Below, piece by piece: positions 46,212 through 55,737 of a stretch of DNA of 64,000 nt. Position numbers and translations under genes: made by a program. Each line of letters begins with the position of its first letter. Position 1 is the stretch's first letter. A model generated the notes under the pieces. That model was given only the letters and a program-made list of their open reading frames with translations. It did no database searches and was not told where the DNA came from. The stretch is taken from positions 30,234 to 94,233 of IMG/VR virus record IMGVR_UViG_3300020112_000191. One strand, given 5' to 3'. The DNA comes from a virus (lineage: Duplodnaviria; Caudoviricetes).

Positions 46212-47345
46212 TTACATTACATCCCAATTATCACCAGCGTTGTTTGCGTAAGTTAATGCGCCAGATGTATTTGGATTGTTTTTTAATACCTTCTCAAGAT
46301 TAGAGAATGCTTTCTTTGTAGCCTTCTGCGTACCTATCTTGGTAAGATTCTCCATGTTCTTGAAGCCATTTGTAAGCTTGTAACAAAGAGATACATTCTT
46401 AAGATAGTCGAGAGGATTCGTCTCTGAATAATGCTCAAGTTCAGTAAGTTTTCGGCCTGTTGCTTTTTCTGTATAAGCTGGCTTCAGTGCTATATCGCTG
46501 ATTGATGTTTTTACATCATCGCTAATGTCTGACCAAATGCCATCTTTTGATTCTTTAATTGATTTGCCGATGTCCTCACGTAACTTAGCAGCTGCAGCGA
46601 CTGCATTCTCATTTTGAGTCTTTTGTGCGTTTACAGCGTCATCATAACGTTTCTGCGCTAATTTGATACTAACTGCCAATGCATCTTTTGCATCGTCAAT
46701 ATCAGTACCAGCTTTGAGCGATTTCTGTACTTCTCTTTCGGCCTGCTCTTCAGACAATCCTCTTGATATAGCGGCATTTTTAATAAGGATCTTACGTACC
46801 TCTTCGCCGTCAGCTGATTCAGCTTCTATGTCTGCACTAGAGATGCCCTTGAGAGTACTCATCACATCGTTATATCTTTTGATCTCATTACGATCTACAC
46901 CCATGCCGAGAGCTTCATTAATCTGCTTCTGAGTGTCGTTGAGTCTTGACTCAATCTCCATCTTCATAAGCTTGTTAAAATCCTCAGCGGTTTCGATCTT
47001 CATGTCTTCTGGAATGTTCGAGAAAATACCTTGTTCCAGACAATCCTTGGCAAAGGAAGAGTAGACAGAAGAAGATGAATTGTCTGGAACTTCGGTATCA
47101 TTTTCCTGTTCTTTAGTTCCTTCAGGTTTCTCCTTTTTGTCTTCCTTCTTTTTACCATCGCCCTCTTCACCGAAGATTGCATCTGGATCATCTAGTTCAG
47201 ATATAGGCTCGATTTCTTCCTCTTCAGCTTCTCCTTCACCAGACTCCTCTGGAGTCTCTTCTGGAGTTTCTTCTGGTTCACCAAATGCTGCATCTGGATC
47301 GAAATCCATTGCATCATCAAGTAAGCTCATGTCTAACTGTGCCAT
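46212..47345 (-). CDS. Putative capsid scaffolding protein
   Basis: 377 aa; very acidic disordered N-terminus (EETPEETPEES), helical remainder; directly upstream of the MCP. Confidence 0.7.
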   Translation of the reverse strand: MAQLDMSLLDDAMDFDPDAAFGEPEETPEETPEESGEGEAEEEEIEPISELDDPDAIFGEEGDGKKKEDKKEKPEGTKEQENDTEVPDNSSSSVYSSFAKDCLEQGIFSNIPEDMKIETAEDFNKLMKMEIESRLNDTQKQINEALGMGVDRNEIKRYNDVMSTLKGISSADIEAESADGEEVRKILIKNAAISRGLSEEQAEREVQKSLKAGTDIDDAKDALAVSIKLAQKRYDDAVNAQKTQNENAVAAAAKLREDIGKSIKESKDGIWSDISDDVKTSISDIALKPAYTEKATGRKLTELEHYSETNPLDYLKNVSLCYKLTNGFKNMENLTKIGTQKATKKAFSNLEKVLKNNPNTSGALTYANNAGDNWDVM

Positions 47346-47378
47346 AATCTTCTTCTTCTTTATTTGTTAATAACGCCG

Positions 47379-47410
47379 CAAAGATAATAACAATATTTGA
47401 AACTTCCAAA
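47379..47410 (-). promoter_or_regulatory. Host-type promoter for the scaffold-capsid operon (TTTG-N20-TATCTTTG)
   Basis: Full consensus match: -33 at 47410-47407, -7 at 47386-47379. Confidence 0.85.
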
Positions 47411-47448
47411 TTTTGTTACAAACTTTGTTTAATCAGTAAACAAACTTA

Positions 47449-47727
47449 CTAATACTCTGTCTTGTGATAGCCTAATTCTGGATGTCTATGCGGACAAGTT
47501 GTCTTGTCACAATAAAACATTGCCACTTTGTGTAGCTCAGATTTTACATTGAGCAACTCTTTGCGAATCGCTTCCATCTCAGACTCAACTTTCTCTGAAC
47601 GCTTATCTGCTTTAGCGGAGATCTTATTTTGATTTTTGAGAGCAATGTAGATGCCACCAAATGCCAGTGCTATAAACGGAGCCGTTCCTCCAATAGATTC
47701 TAATAGGCTAATTACAACGCTATCCAT
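47449..47727 (-). CDS. Holin-like membrane protein
   Basis: 92 aa; one N-terminal TM segment, coiled coil, C-terminal CxxxxCxxR motif. Confidence 0.5.
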   Translation of the reverse strand: MDSVVISLLESIGGTAPFIALAFGGIYIALKNQNKISAKADKRSEKVESEMEAIRKELLNVKSELHKVAMFYCDKTTCPHRHPELGYHKTEY

Positions 47728-47729
47728 GA

Positions 47730-48257
47730 TTATTCGACCTTGTAGAAATCTCTTAATTTTTCGTCAAATTGACTCTTCTGATACAAAGCCTGAATTCTCT
47801 CTGTAAATACTCCAATTGCGTTCTTATGATCTTCAAATGGCCCACATTTTAATAATAGTGTACCTCTGCCATCATAAGCAACGATTGTAAGTCCACGCCT
47901 CTTGATTGTAATATTTTCAAAAAACTTTTTACAGAAATCCAATTCCCTAGTATTGTAGCGGTAGTAAATATAAGTAGCTCTATTCATTACAGCTGTATCA
48001 GCCATAGTAATGCAATCATCCTCTTTATAATTGCGAATGTATGCAGTCATAAGAGTATTGATGTTTTTATTAGTCTCGTCTGTTAAATACTTTATATTAT
48101 CGAGACTCTTGTATAGCTCGACTCTAAATTCATTTGCAGTAGGAAGGTTAATAACGATTACTGTATAAATAGAGAAATAACATACGACTACTATACTAGA
48201 TAGTATTGAGAAGATTTTAAGAGATTTTGTTATTGCTGGTTCTAATGATAAACACAT
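47730..48257 (-). CDS. Membrane-anchored hypothetical protein (lysis region)
   Basis: 175 aa; hydrophobic segment IFSILSSIVVVCYFSIYTVIVI. Confidence 0.55.
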   Translation of the reverse strand: MCLSLEPAITKSLKIFSILSSIVVVCYFSIYTVIVINLPTANEFRVELYKSLDNIKYLTDETNKNINTLMTAYIRNYKEDDCITMADTAVMNRATYIYYRYNTRELDFCKKFFENITIKRRGLTIVAYDGRGTLLLKCGPFEDHKNAIGVFTERIQALYQKSQFDEKLRDFYKVE

Positions 48258-48271
48258 AACTAATCTCCTTT

Positions 48272-48400
48272 CTACTTAGTTGGAGTCGTTGGCTTTACTG
48301 GTTCAATTGGAGTTTTCGGATCATCCTTGCCTGGTTTTGGCAGAGGGTGCTGTATAATTGTCGGAGTGACTGTACAGCAAGGAAATTTACTTATCTTCAT
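48272..48400 (-). CDS. Small Pro-rich peptide (42 aa, not in ORF track)
   Basis: MKISKFPCCTVTPTIIQHPLPKPGKDDPKTPIEPVKPTTPTK; fills the gap between neighbouring genes and overlaps the upstream stop. Confidence 0.55.
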   Translation of the reverse strand: MKISKFPCCTVTPTIIQHPLPKPGKDDPKTPIEPVKPTTPTK

Positions 48401-48665
48401 ATTTTTGTTGTTTAGAAATTTCGGTGTAATACTCTACTACTGGACAACTATCATTCTTAGCTGTCTTGCAAGTCTTTGCCATAGCAAAACACTTGGTAAG
48501 ATCTTCGTATGCTTCTTTTGTAGCACGTTTGTCGATAGCATTGAAATATCGCATTTCTTCAGCCTTGTCTTCCTCGCGTTTGTTCTTGACGAAACCAAGT
48601 ATATCTGGTAAGAAGCCAAAAACCTTAACGACGATTGATTTGATCCATAATAATAATTGTGGCAT
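48387..48665 (-). CDS. Small membrane-associated protein (holin/antiholin-like)
   Basis: Start re-called at MPQLLLW, downstream of the promoter; amphipathic N-terminus, C-terminal CxxAxxC...CPV. Confidence 0.5.
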   Translation of the reverse strand: MPQLLLWIKSIVVKVFGFLPDILGFVKNKREEDKAEEMRYFNAIDKRATKEAYEDLTKCFAMAKTCKTAKNDSCPVVEYYTEISKQQKYEDK

Positions 48666-48709
48666 ATAAATTTTTATTAAGTGCGCCCACCATATTTCAG
48701 ATGAGCGCA

Positions 48710-48741
48710 CAAATATAAAACATTAAAATGAATTCACCAAA
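48710..48741 (-). promoter_or_regulatory. Host-type promoter for the putative lysis cluster (TTTG-N20-TATATTTG)
   Basis: Full consensus match: -33 at 48741-48738, -7 at 48717-48710. Confidence 0.8.
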
Positions 48742-48743
48742 AA

Positions 48744-51700
48744 CTAATCAGCAATTAAAGCCATGATCTTGTCGTACTGATCCTTATTGAATGTGTAGAG
48801 CCTCTCAAGCTTCTTAAGGCCAGTAGTTGTATCCTTAACAACCTGATAGCGGCCCTTTGGAATCGTTGTATAAGTTGCAGTAGGATCATCCTTAAAATTC
48901 CTTAAACGAAGAATACACCAGTCTGTATTAAGAGTACCAGTAGGTTGTTTATCATCTATACTAAGATCACAAGGAAAATCCTTTACTAAATATCCATTAT
49001 CAAGATTGTAGAATGTATTGTAATCTGTACGATGTACATAGAACTCTTTAATAGGTGGCCTATGAGAATAATCTCCGCCATTATACATATCTACTGTTAC
49101 AACATGTCTCTTAAAATCTGGTGATAATGTATCACGAAGCAACATTCTTCTTGGAATGTATGAATATTTAGTATTGTTTGGATTAGCGTAATGACTAGGG
49201 AATCTATCCCCATACTGGAAATAGAATCCAGGATCAGATACGCTCTTCGCTCCTACATTTCTAAGATATACAGCAACAGTTTTTTTACCAGTTCCGCTAT
49301 AGTAGCTTCCGTCACTTCTCTTGTCTGGAGTAAATGAGAATACCAAATAATCAATTCCAAATCTTAAGCTCTGAGTAAATGCGCTTGGATTTTCAAATCT
49401 AAATCCGAGTTCAGCAGTTTCATCTGGTATCACATCGCATACAGCACATACAGGCTCTCCAGTATGATCCGCAACGGTCTTTATATATTGTTGTACGAAG
49501 TCCTCACCAGTTCTTGTCGAATAATCATAATATACATTCGTATCTGCATACACAAGTTTCTTGGCAAAGAGATTACTATCTGTTTTACCGCCCTTCCATG
49601 CATTTGTCCAGCAAGTAGCTGATCCCATTCTTGTTACATTATGCATTTCTTGAGCTGATCCTATTTGACGATAATAATTGTACGCTGTTATATTACCAGT
49701 TCTTTTAGGCATTTCTTCTGTAGTAGCTCTGCCTGTATCATCTGTTCGTCTTTTAGTAGAATCATCCTTCGAAGCAACAAATCCAGTATTTGGTCTTATA
49801 AACAATTTTTTCTTAAGTTCGGTCTCTATTTCGCTTGGAATTTCTACATCATACTCTCCAAGAGGGTGAGATGATACATATTCAAAACCAACAGATCTTC
49901 TGCCGCCATAATAATCATCTTTAAATAATTGTCTATCTACAGTAATTAGATCAAGTTCTGAATAATTATACACATTATCTTTTTTACTCCATTTTAATCC
50001 ATAATTGAATATGCAACTTAATTCGTCAATTGTTGCAGTTCTCCAATCTGGAGCAAGCCAAATACAAGCTGGATCTGTAATATGCTCATCAACACTAAGA
50101 GGATCAATAACATCTCTAGTAAGATTTATTATATGTCCTTCTGGCATTGATTGAACATCTGGATACATATCGTAATCCTGGCGATCGTTACCTACTGAGA
50201 ATGTAACTCCATTGATGTGTATAGAACGCAATTCATTAGTACTACTATTTACATCAGCTGTAGTACCAAGGGTTAATGGGAGATCCCAGAAAGTTTCTTT
50301 GTAAGTGCCATCAGACTGCTTCTCCTGAGTACTTATTGAATTGAGAATTCTTAGATATTGAGTATCATGATTACATCTAACTGCATCCCATGTTTTGTCT
50401 GGAATTTCTGAAGATAATTTAGCACCAATGTGTGATGTTGCCAAATTATCTCCGAAAGCTTTTGTGACAAATGTCTTATCACCTAAAGGATACGATGTTC
50501 CAGAAATATATATATTGTTATTAGTATCTACATATACATAATTTCTCATTTTCTCATCAAAGGTAGATTCATCGCTGATTTTTACCCAAGCATTATTTAT
50601 ATAAGCATATATTAGATAAAACGTCTCTGAACCAACCTGTTTTTCTACTAATGCCAAATTAGATGGAGGAAACAAATTATTTGATATACTAGGCAAACTT
50701 GACACACTATTATATACTCTTACTCCATCAATACGATAATTTGTGCCGTTAATAGTCAAACTTGAAAGAAGCTCGCAATTTTGAACTCCGTCATGCTTTT
50801 TGACAACAGATATTGAGTAATAATTATTGCCAACTTTCAAAGTACTTAAATCTGACCTTTCACCACTTGATGGGATAACTACGTTTGGTTCAATATTGAT
50901 TTGATCGCCACCGATTACGCCTAATGTTAACACACCATTAACCTTCTTTACGATCTTGATTTCTGTATTAGTAGTTCCAGTTGCGCTCTTGATGTATATA
51001 TTGCCTTCTACAAGGTTTGATGTTGGAAAATCATTTACAACAAAAACATTTCCATATTCATTCAACGTGACGTTATCACCACTCTTTACACCAATTTTTA
51101 TTGATGGCTTAGTTACTTCGTCGTATTCAGGTGTTATTATTGTTGTTATATTAGATTTCCCTGCTCTGAATGCACTTCCATTCCACTTTCCAGATGACGT
51201 ACCTATTTGTCCTATAGGTGTTCCATCTACTGCTATAAAATCAGGTATTTGGCTATGCAATGCAGCTGGTGTGCTAGCTGCATTAAGAGGCTTTCCATAC
51301 ACAGGAATATAATCTTTGCCGCATAATACTTCTTGCGAAAATTCTATCTCTTTTCTTTCAAGCATGTAATCAATCATTTTGCATCCAAGATCATAACCAA
51401 TCTGAAAACCAGGAAGAAATTCTACCGCACCAGCAATAGCACCAATATCTCCATCTGTCATAAAAACTGTAGTTAGTTTTGTTGTATTCTCGAATGCTGG
51501 TTTAGAACCAAAAGTTATGCCATCCTTAGAAAATTCTACACTTCGATATTCGAATTTGTTAGTAGATGTGTTCTTATAATACCGTGGAACGCAAAATGTT
51601 ATCTTTGCATCATCTTCTGCAAGGAAAGCACCACCAATAACTTGGTATTCGCCAACTGCGATTGAAAGAGTTGTTTCATCTACATAAGATTTATTAGCAC

Positions 51701-53276
51701 TATATATTTCGTAATTATCACATTTAGCTACTTCTTCGTCTGTAAAATCTGCAAAGCTTTTTCCTAGAACCGCTTCGCAATAATCACAATAACTAGTATA
51801 ATGTGTCTCGAATACAAGAGTTTCCATCATCACCGCATATACAGTAGTACCATCTATATCAACAGATTCAACTTCGATATTAGGATGTCTAGGTAAAAGA
51901 TCTAATATTCTCTTGAATTCAGCATAATGGAAATGTCCAAAAGAAATTACTCCATGATCATCTCCTGGAGTATATTCATTATAAACAGGATTATCATAAA
52001 TTGTCTCAGTAGTTGTTTCGCCTTCATGATGAATAACTCCACCTTTTGTGATATACAAATGATTCTCCTTAATGCTAGAAGGTATGCTACTTACTATATG
52101 AACATTTTCCTCTGGAATAGGCTTAACATTATGTTCTACGCCGTCAACCTTAATCTTCTTCAGGTATCCATCTGTATCATCTGTAGCAACTACTTCAGAA
52201 CCTGCTGCGGAATCGCCGCCTTCGCCGCCTTCTGGAACGTTGTAAGTTTCTCCATCTACAATGATCTGTTTGAGATTTCCAGCTTCATCGCTCTTAGCTA
52301 CGACCTTAGATTTATTTGCAATGGCTGAATCAATAGAATCAATCTTTGCAGCTATTGTTGAAACACTACCATCTTTAAGCTTTATGTCTGAACCAGTAAG
52401 TTCTACTTCTCCAGTTTTCCCGTTAACAGATGTTATAACGTCAGCTGGAAGATTGTATGTGTCGCCATCTACCTTTATGGTTTTAAGAGTTCCGTCAGCA
52501 TTTGTTGTGCAAGTTACTTTAGAAGAATCAAACGTATAGAGTTTATTTCCTATGCCAATTTTGCTAATTGCTCCACTAGGTGAAAACTTTGCTATATCTG
52601 TTGGATTAGCCTCTACAATAGTAGGAGCAGATTCAACGCAATCAAATATAACTTGCATATTGAATGGACTAGCTGTGAATGTAATATTCATCAGCACAGA
52701 TACAAGACGATCTTGCCATTCGTAGCTAAATCCCTTATATTCTACTCTATCGACTTTTTTATGTATAACGTTATAATGAGAGTATTCTTCTGCAGTTACT
52801 TGCATCATCAGCTTTGTAGGATTCTCGTAATCCATGCTAGCTTGTTCGCAATCAAAATAGAAATGCATAAACTGATACAAATATCCAGCAGCATCGGCTG
52901 TTATAGAATGCGCTCCTGGAACAAAAGCATTCAACTGATTCAGTAATGCTCCAGCTGGTATCAATCCATCAGTTTTCTTTATTTCAGTCTTAAGCTTCTT
53001 AACTTCTTCTTCAAAGCTAAATTCTACTACTTCCGTAGATCCACCTTCTGGAATCTTATATTCTACATTGTTTATCTTCAAGCCAGCAAGATTTGGTGCT
53101 GTAGAAGATACTCCAGATGTCATAGGCGTAACACTAGCACTACTAGCTTTAGCATCAATCTCAGATATTATTGTATCAAGAGTTTTGCCATCGCTATCAG
53201 CAACACGTTCTGTACGTGTTACTATGCCATGCTTCGCTGACGTTTTAATTTCGTCTAGAACAATTATTTCTGCCAT
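48744..53276 (-). CDS. Long tail fibre / receptor-binding protein
   Basis: About 1510 aa from MAEIIVLD; VITSVNGKTGEVEL fibre motif and repeated L..I.VDG.TY.(L/V)P units. Confidence 0.75.
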   Translation of the reverse strand: MAEIIVLDEIKTSAKHGIVTRTERVADSDGKTLDTIISEIDAKASSASVTPMTSGVSSTAPNLAGLKINNVEYKIPEGGSTEVVEFSFEEEVKKLKTEIKKTDGLIPAGALLNQLNAFVPGAHSITADAAGYLYQFMHFYFDCEQASMDYENPTKLMMQVTAEEYSHYNVIHKKVDRVEYKGFSYEWQDRLVSVLMNITFTASPFNMQVIFDCVESAPTIVEANPTDIAKFSPSGAISKIGIGNKLYTFDSSKVTCTTNADGTLKTIKVDGDTYNLPADVITSVNGKTGEVELTGSDIKLKDGSVSTIAAKIDSIDSAIANKSKVVAKSDEAGNLKQIIVDGETYNVPEGGEGGDSAAGSEVVATDDTDGYLKKIKVDGVEHNVKPIPEENVHIVSSIPSSIKENHLYITKGGVIHHEGETTTETIYDNPVYNEYTPGDDHGVISFGHFHYAEFKRILDLLPRHPNIEVESVDIDGTTVYAVMMETLVFETHYTSYCDYCEAVLGKSFADFTDEEVAKCDNYEIYSANKSYVDETTLSIAVGEYQVIGGAFLAEDDAKITFCVPRYYKNTSTNKFEYRSVEFSKDGITFGSKPAFENTTKLTTVFMTDGDIGAIAGAVEFLPGFQIGYDLGCKMIDYMLERKEIEFSQEVLCGKDYIPVYGKPLNAASTPAALHSQIPDFIAVDGTPIGQIGTSSGKWNGSAFRAGKSNITTIITPEYDEVTKPSIKIGVKSGDNVTLNEYGNVFVVNDFPTSNLVEGNIYIKSATGTTNTEIKIVKKVNGVLTLGVIGGDQINIEPNVVIPSSGERSDLSTLKVGNNYYSISVVKKHDGVQNCELLSSLTINGTNYRIDGVRVYNSVSSLPSISNNLFPPSNLALVEKQVGSETFYLIYAYINNAWVKISDESTFDEKMRNYVYVDTNNNIYISGTSYPLGDKTFVTKAFGDNLATSHIGAKLSSEIPDKTWDAVRCNHDTQYLRILNSISTQEKQSDGTYKETFWDLPLTLGTTADVNSSTNELRSIHINGVTFSVGNDRQDYDMYPDVQSMPEGHIINLTRDVIDPLSVDEHITDPACIWLAPDWRTATIDELSCIFNYGLKWSKKDNVYNYSELDLITVDRQLFKDDYYGGRRSVGFEYVSSHPLGEYDVEIPSEIETELKKKLFIRPNTGFVASKDDSTKRRTDDTGRATTEEMPKRTGNITAYNYYRQIGSAQEMHNVTRMGSATCWTNAWKGGKTDSNLFAKKLVYADTNVYYDYSTRTGEDFVQQYIKTVADHTGEPVCAVCDVIPDETAELGFRFENPSAFTQSLRFGIDYLVFSFTPDKRSDGSYYSGTGKKTVAVYLRNVGAKSVSDPGFYFQYGDRFPSHYANPNNTKYSYIPRRMLLRDTLSPDFKRHVVTVDMYNGGDYSHRPPIKEFYVHRTDYNTFYNLDNGYLVKDFPCDLSIDDKQPTGTLNTDWCILRLRNFKDDPTATYTTIPKGRYQVVKDTTTGLKKLERLYTFNKDQYDKIMALIAD

Positions 53277-53321
53277 ATTTATTTGAATTAGGGCCAGCTG
53301 TTGCACTGGCCCATATTGTTA

Positions 53322-54866
53322 CTAATTTGAAGCTGCTTTAGTTGTCATAACAAACTTGTAGGCCTTCATGTAGCCCATGCCGCCAGACTGAACGCCAGAC
53401 TTATAAACTCTCCACTTATAAATTGGATCAGTTGTATCTGTGAGAACGCCAATCTCAGTAAATGCGCTCTGCATTGCAAGACCAGAAGCTTTATCTACAA
53501 GAGTATCGAGAGCTCTTGAAGAAGGAATAGCAATATAAATTGCGCACTCTGAATCGTAAGTATCAGTAAGCTTAGTTCCCTTCTCTTCAGAGAAGATTGT
53601 CTGGCCTTTAACCGCTCTTGTAAAGCGACCAGAAACCGAATTCGTAAGAAGAGTCTTAATGTTAGCTGCTGTAACCTCTGTAGTACCACTAGTTGTTGAT
53701 CCGAAGAAGCAGAGCTGTGGCAAATATATTGTAAGTGACTTAGAATTAGCTGTTACATTAGAAATAGCTGCATCAGTAGCTGTATGATTCTTCTTGTAAA
53801 TAGTACACTTAGCTTGACCGCTATAAGTACCAGGATTCTTGCCAGCTACAGCCACCATTCCAGTATTATTAACTGTTATATCGCCACTAACTTTAGTATA
53901 GACGAGATCATTAGTTGTAGCTGTAATATTGCTCTTTCCAAGAACTACGCTTTCGCCAAGTCGATCTTGCGTCTTTGGAGAGAGGCTACAAGTCATACTC
54001 TTTATTGTACCATCGTATTCTGCAACCTGATTGGATCCAGTACAATCCATCAGATAGTCAATATGCCAATAATTAAGAAGACGAACAAACTTATTATGTT
54101 GATCTTCCGTAAGAGTCTTGCCATCTATACAAACTACAGAGCCGCTATCATTAGTGCCGAGAATTTTATTTGCATTCGTAGCACCCTGCTCTTTAGCAAC
54201 CTTAGTTTCATCAGTAGCAGTCATTGCCTGAGTACGAACGAATGACCAAGCACTATTCTCATAGTAATACATATATACCTGATTAGCAACAGCTGGCTTA
54301 CCACCAGATGTATACTTATTACAGAGATACATCTTACTCTTTGAAGGACTTGTTACTGAATCGAGATCATCAACAACTTCATAAGGCTTAACATCCAGAT
54401 CACAAGAAATCTTTCCGCTGCTAGAAATACTTATACCAGAACCAGCTGTAAGTTTATTTTGCTTACTATTCATGTCGTTCGGATAAGTGGTTATCTTGAA
54501 ATTGTAATAATCAGTCAATCCTTCATTATCTGCATAAATATGATTTACCCAAGCTTTATCAAGCGTTCCTTCTGATGCTCCTTTGTAAGTATACCAGCCG
54601 ACTCCGTAAGATTTACCATCTTCAGACTGAGCTTGTGTCAAGTAATACATGTGACCAGCTGTAAACTTTTCATCGTCAAGTTCAAGCTTATCAATATTCA
54701 TTGCGTCACCCTTAGCTGAACCACCTGTACCAATAACTGCTTCGAGATCAGCTATTACATTGTTCAGCATTTTGCTTTTTGTCTCTACATATACGCCAGA
54801 TCCTCGAACTGTCTGTCCATGCTTAGCGGATGTCTTGAGCGTATCAAGAACGATTATATCTGCCAT
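53322..54866 (-). CDS. Tail/head fibre protein
   Basis: 514 aa; KQNKLTAGSGISIS and YEVVDDL...MYL fibre motifs; N-terminus paralogous to the 1510 aa fibre. Confidence 0.7.
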   Translation of the reverse strand: MADIIVLDTLKTSAKHGQTVRGSGVYVETKSKMLNNVIADLEAVIGTGGSAKGDAMNIDKLELDDEKFTAGHMYYLTQAQSEDGKSYGVGWYTYKGASEGTLDKAWVNHIYADNEGLTDYYNFKITTYPNDMNSKQNKLTAGSGISISSSGKISCDLDVKPYEVVDDLDSVTSPSKSKMYLCNKYTSGGKPAVANQVYMYYYENSAWSFVRTQAMTATDETKVAKEQGATNANKILGTNDSGSVVCIDGKTLTEDQHNKFVRLLNYWHIDYLMDCTGSNQVAEYDGTIKSMTCSLSPKTQDRLGESVVLGKSNITATTNDLVYTKVSGDITVNNTGMVAVAGKNPGTYSGQAKCTIYKKNHTATDAAISNVTANSKSLTIYLPQLCFFGSTTSGTTEVTAANIKTLLTNSVSGRFTRAVKGQTIFSEEKGTKLTDTYDSECAIYIAIPSSRALDTLVDKASGLAMQSAFTEIGVLTDTTDPIYKWRVYKSGVQSGGMGYMKAYKFVMTTKAASN

Positions 54867-54870
54867 TTTA

Positions 54871-55737
54871 TTAAATGTATTTTATTGTTTCTACCATTGG
54901 GTTTTGTGCAGTAGTCTTATAAACATCATAAGACACATTGGTTCCATCTATATTAACATCAATGCTCTTCATCTTCTCAAAGCCGCAATTAAAAGAATAC
55001 ATACTACCTTTATTCTTAATCCTCTGAGGATAAATAATATCGTTTACATAATCAGATGGTGCTGCAAAGAAGATAGTATCTAATTTATCTGTAAGAGTAA
55101 GAGTTACCTCTCCAGGAAGAGGATCACAGGTTGCTCCAGTATAACACTCTGCATTGTCTGAGTAAGATCTACCATTCTTTATACAAGATACAATATCAAC
55201 GTCTGTAATTAGATCGTTTGATACAAATATAGAAGAAGGGTATCTAGCTTCTACAAGAAATTCTGCATCCATTGTTATTGCCTCTGAACATTTTACTTTA
55301 ACTACATGTTTTTGTATTCCTTCAGCAGTAGGTGATACTGCGAATGTCTGAGTTGTCGTAATTCCATCAAGCTTAACTTCGAGAGGACTTATCTCAGTTG
55401 TTTTACCTTTCTCAGTTTTATATACATGGATCGTATTCAACTTAGAGAGCTGAATGAACGAATTATTGAGAATGGTGAACTTCGCCGATGTCCAGTCTAG
55501 CTTAACAGAGAACGTTACTTTGTTTACGTCTTCAGCATTGATCTTAACAAGTTTACAATGCTTAACAATATACATATCGCCTTCTACAAGTTTAGCTTTG
55601 TTGCCGAATACACACTGGATGTAATCATTCACAAGATCTTCAATCGAATGAGAATTCTTATAATGTGGATGATGACAATTGCACGGAATCGGTACGCAGC
55701 TTTCTTCGTTATTAGGCTTCTTGCCGTCCTTTATCAT
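54871..55737 (-). CDS. Putative fibre-associated structural protein
   Basis: 288 aa, beta-rich, Cys/His cluster near the N-terminus (CVPIPCNCHHPH); fibre-gene context. Confidence 0.5.
   Translation of the reverse strand: MIKDGKKPNNEESCVPIPCNCHHPHYKNSHSIEDLVNDYIQCVFGNKAKLVEGDMYIVKHCKLVKINAEDVNKVTFSVKLDWTSAKFTILNNSFIQLSKLNTIHVYKTEKGKTTEISPLEVKLDGITTTQTFAVSPTAEGIQKHVVKVKCSEAITMDAEFLVEARYPSSIFVSNDLITDVDIVSCIKNGRSYSDNAECYTGATCDPLPGEVTLTLTDKLDTIFFAAPSDYVNDIIYPQRIKNKGSMYSFNCGFEKMKSIDVNIDGTNVSYDVYKTTAQNPMVETIKYI

Noticed and set aside
47245-47280. Short 12-nt tandem repeat (EETP) in the scaffold gene
   Set aside because: Ordinary low-complexity acidic linker, in frame, with no sign of a regulatory role.
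48744-54866. Diversity-generating retroelement targeting the fibres
   Set aside because: No reverse transcriptase and no template/variable repeat pair was seen. It cannot be excluded outside the window.
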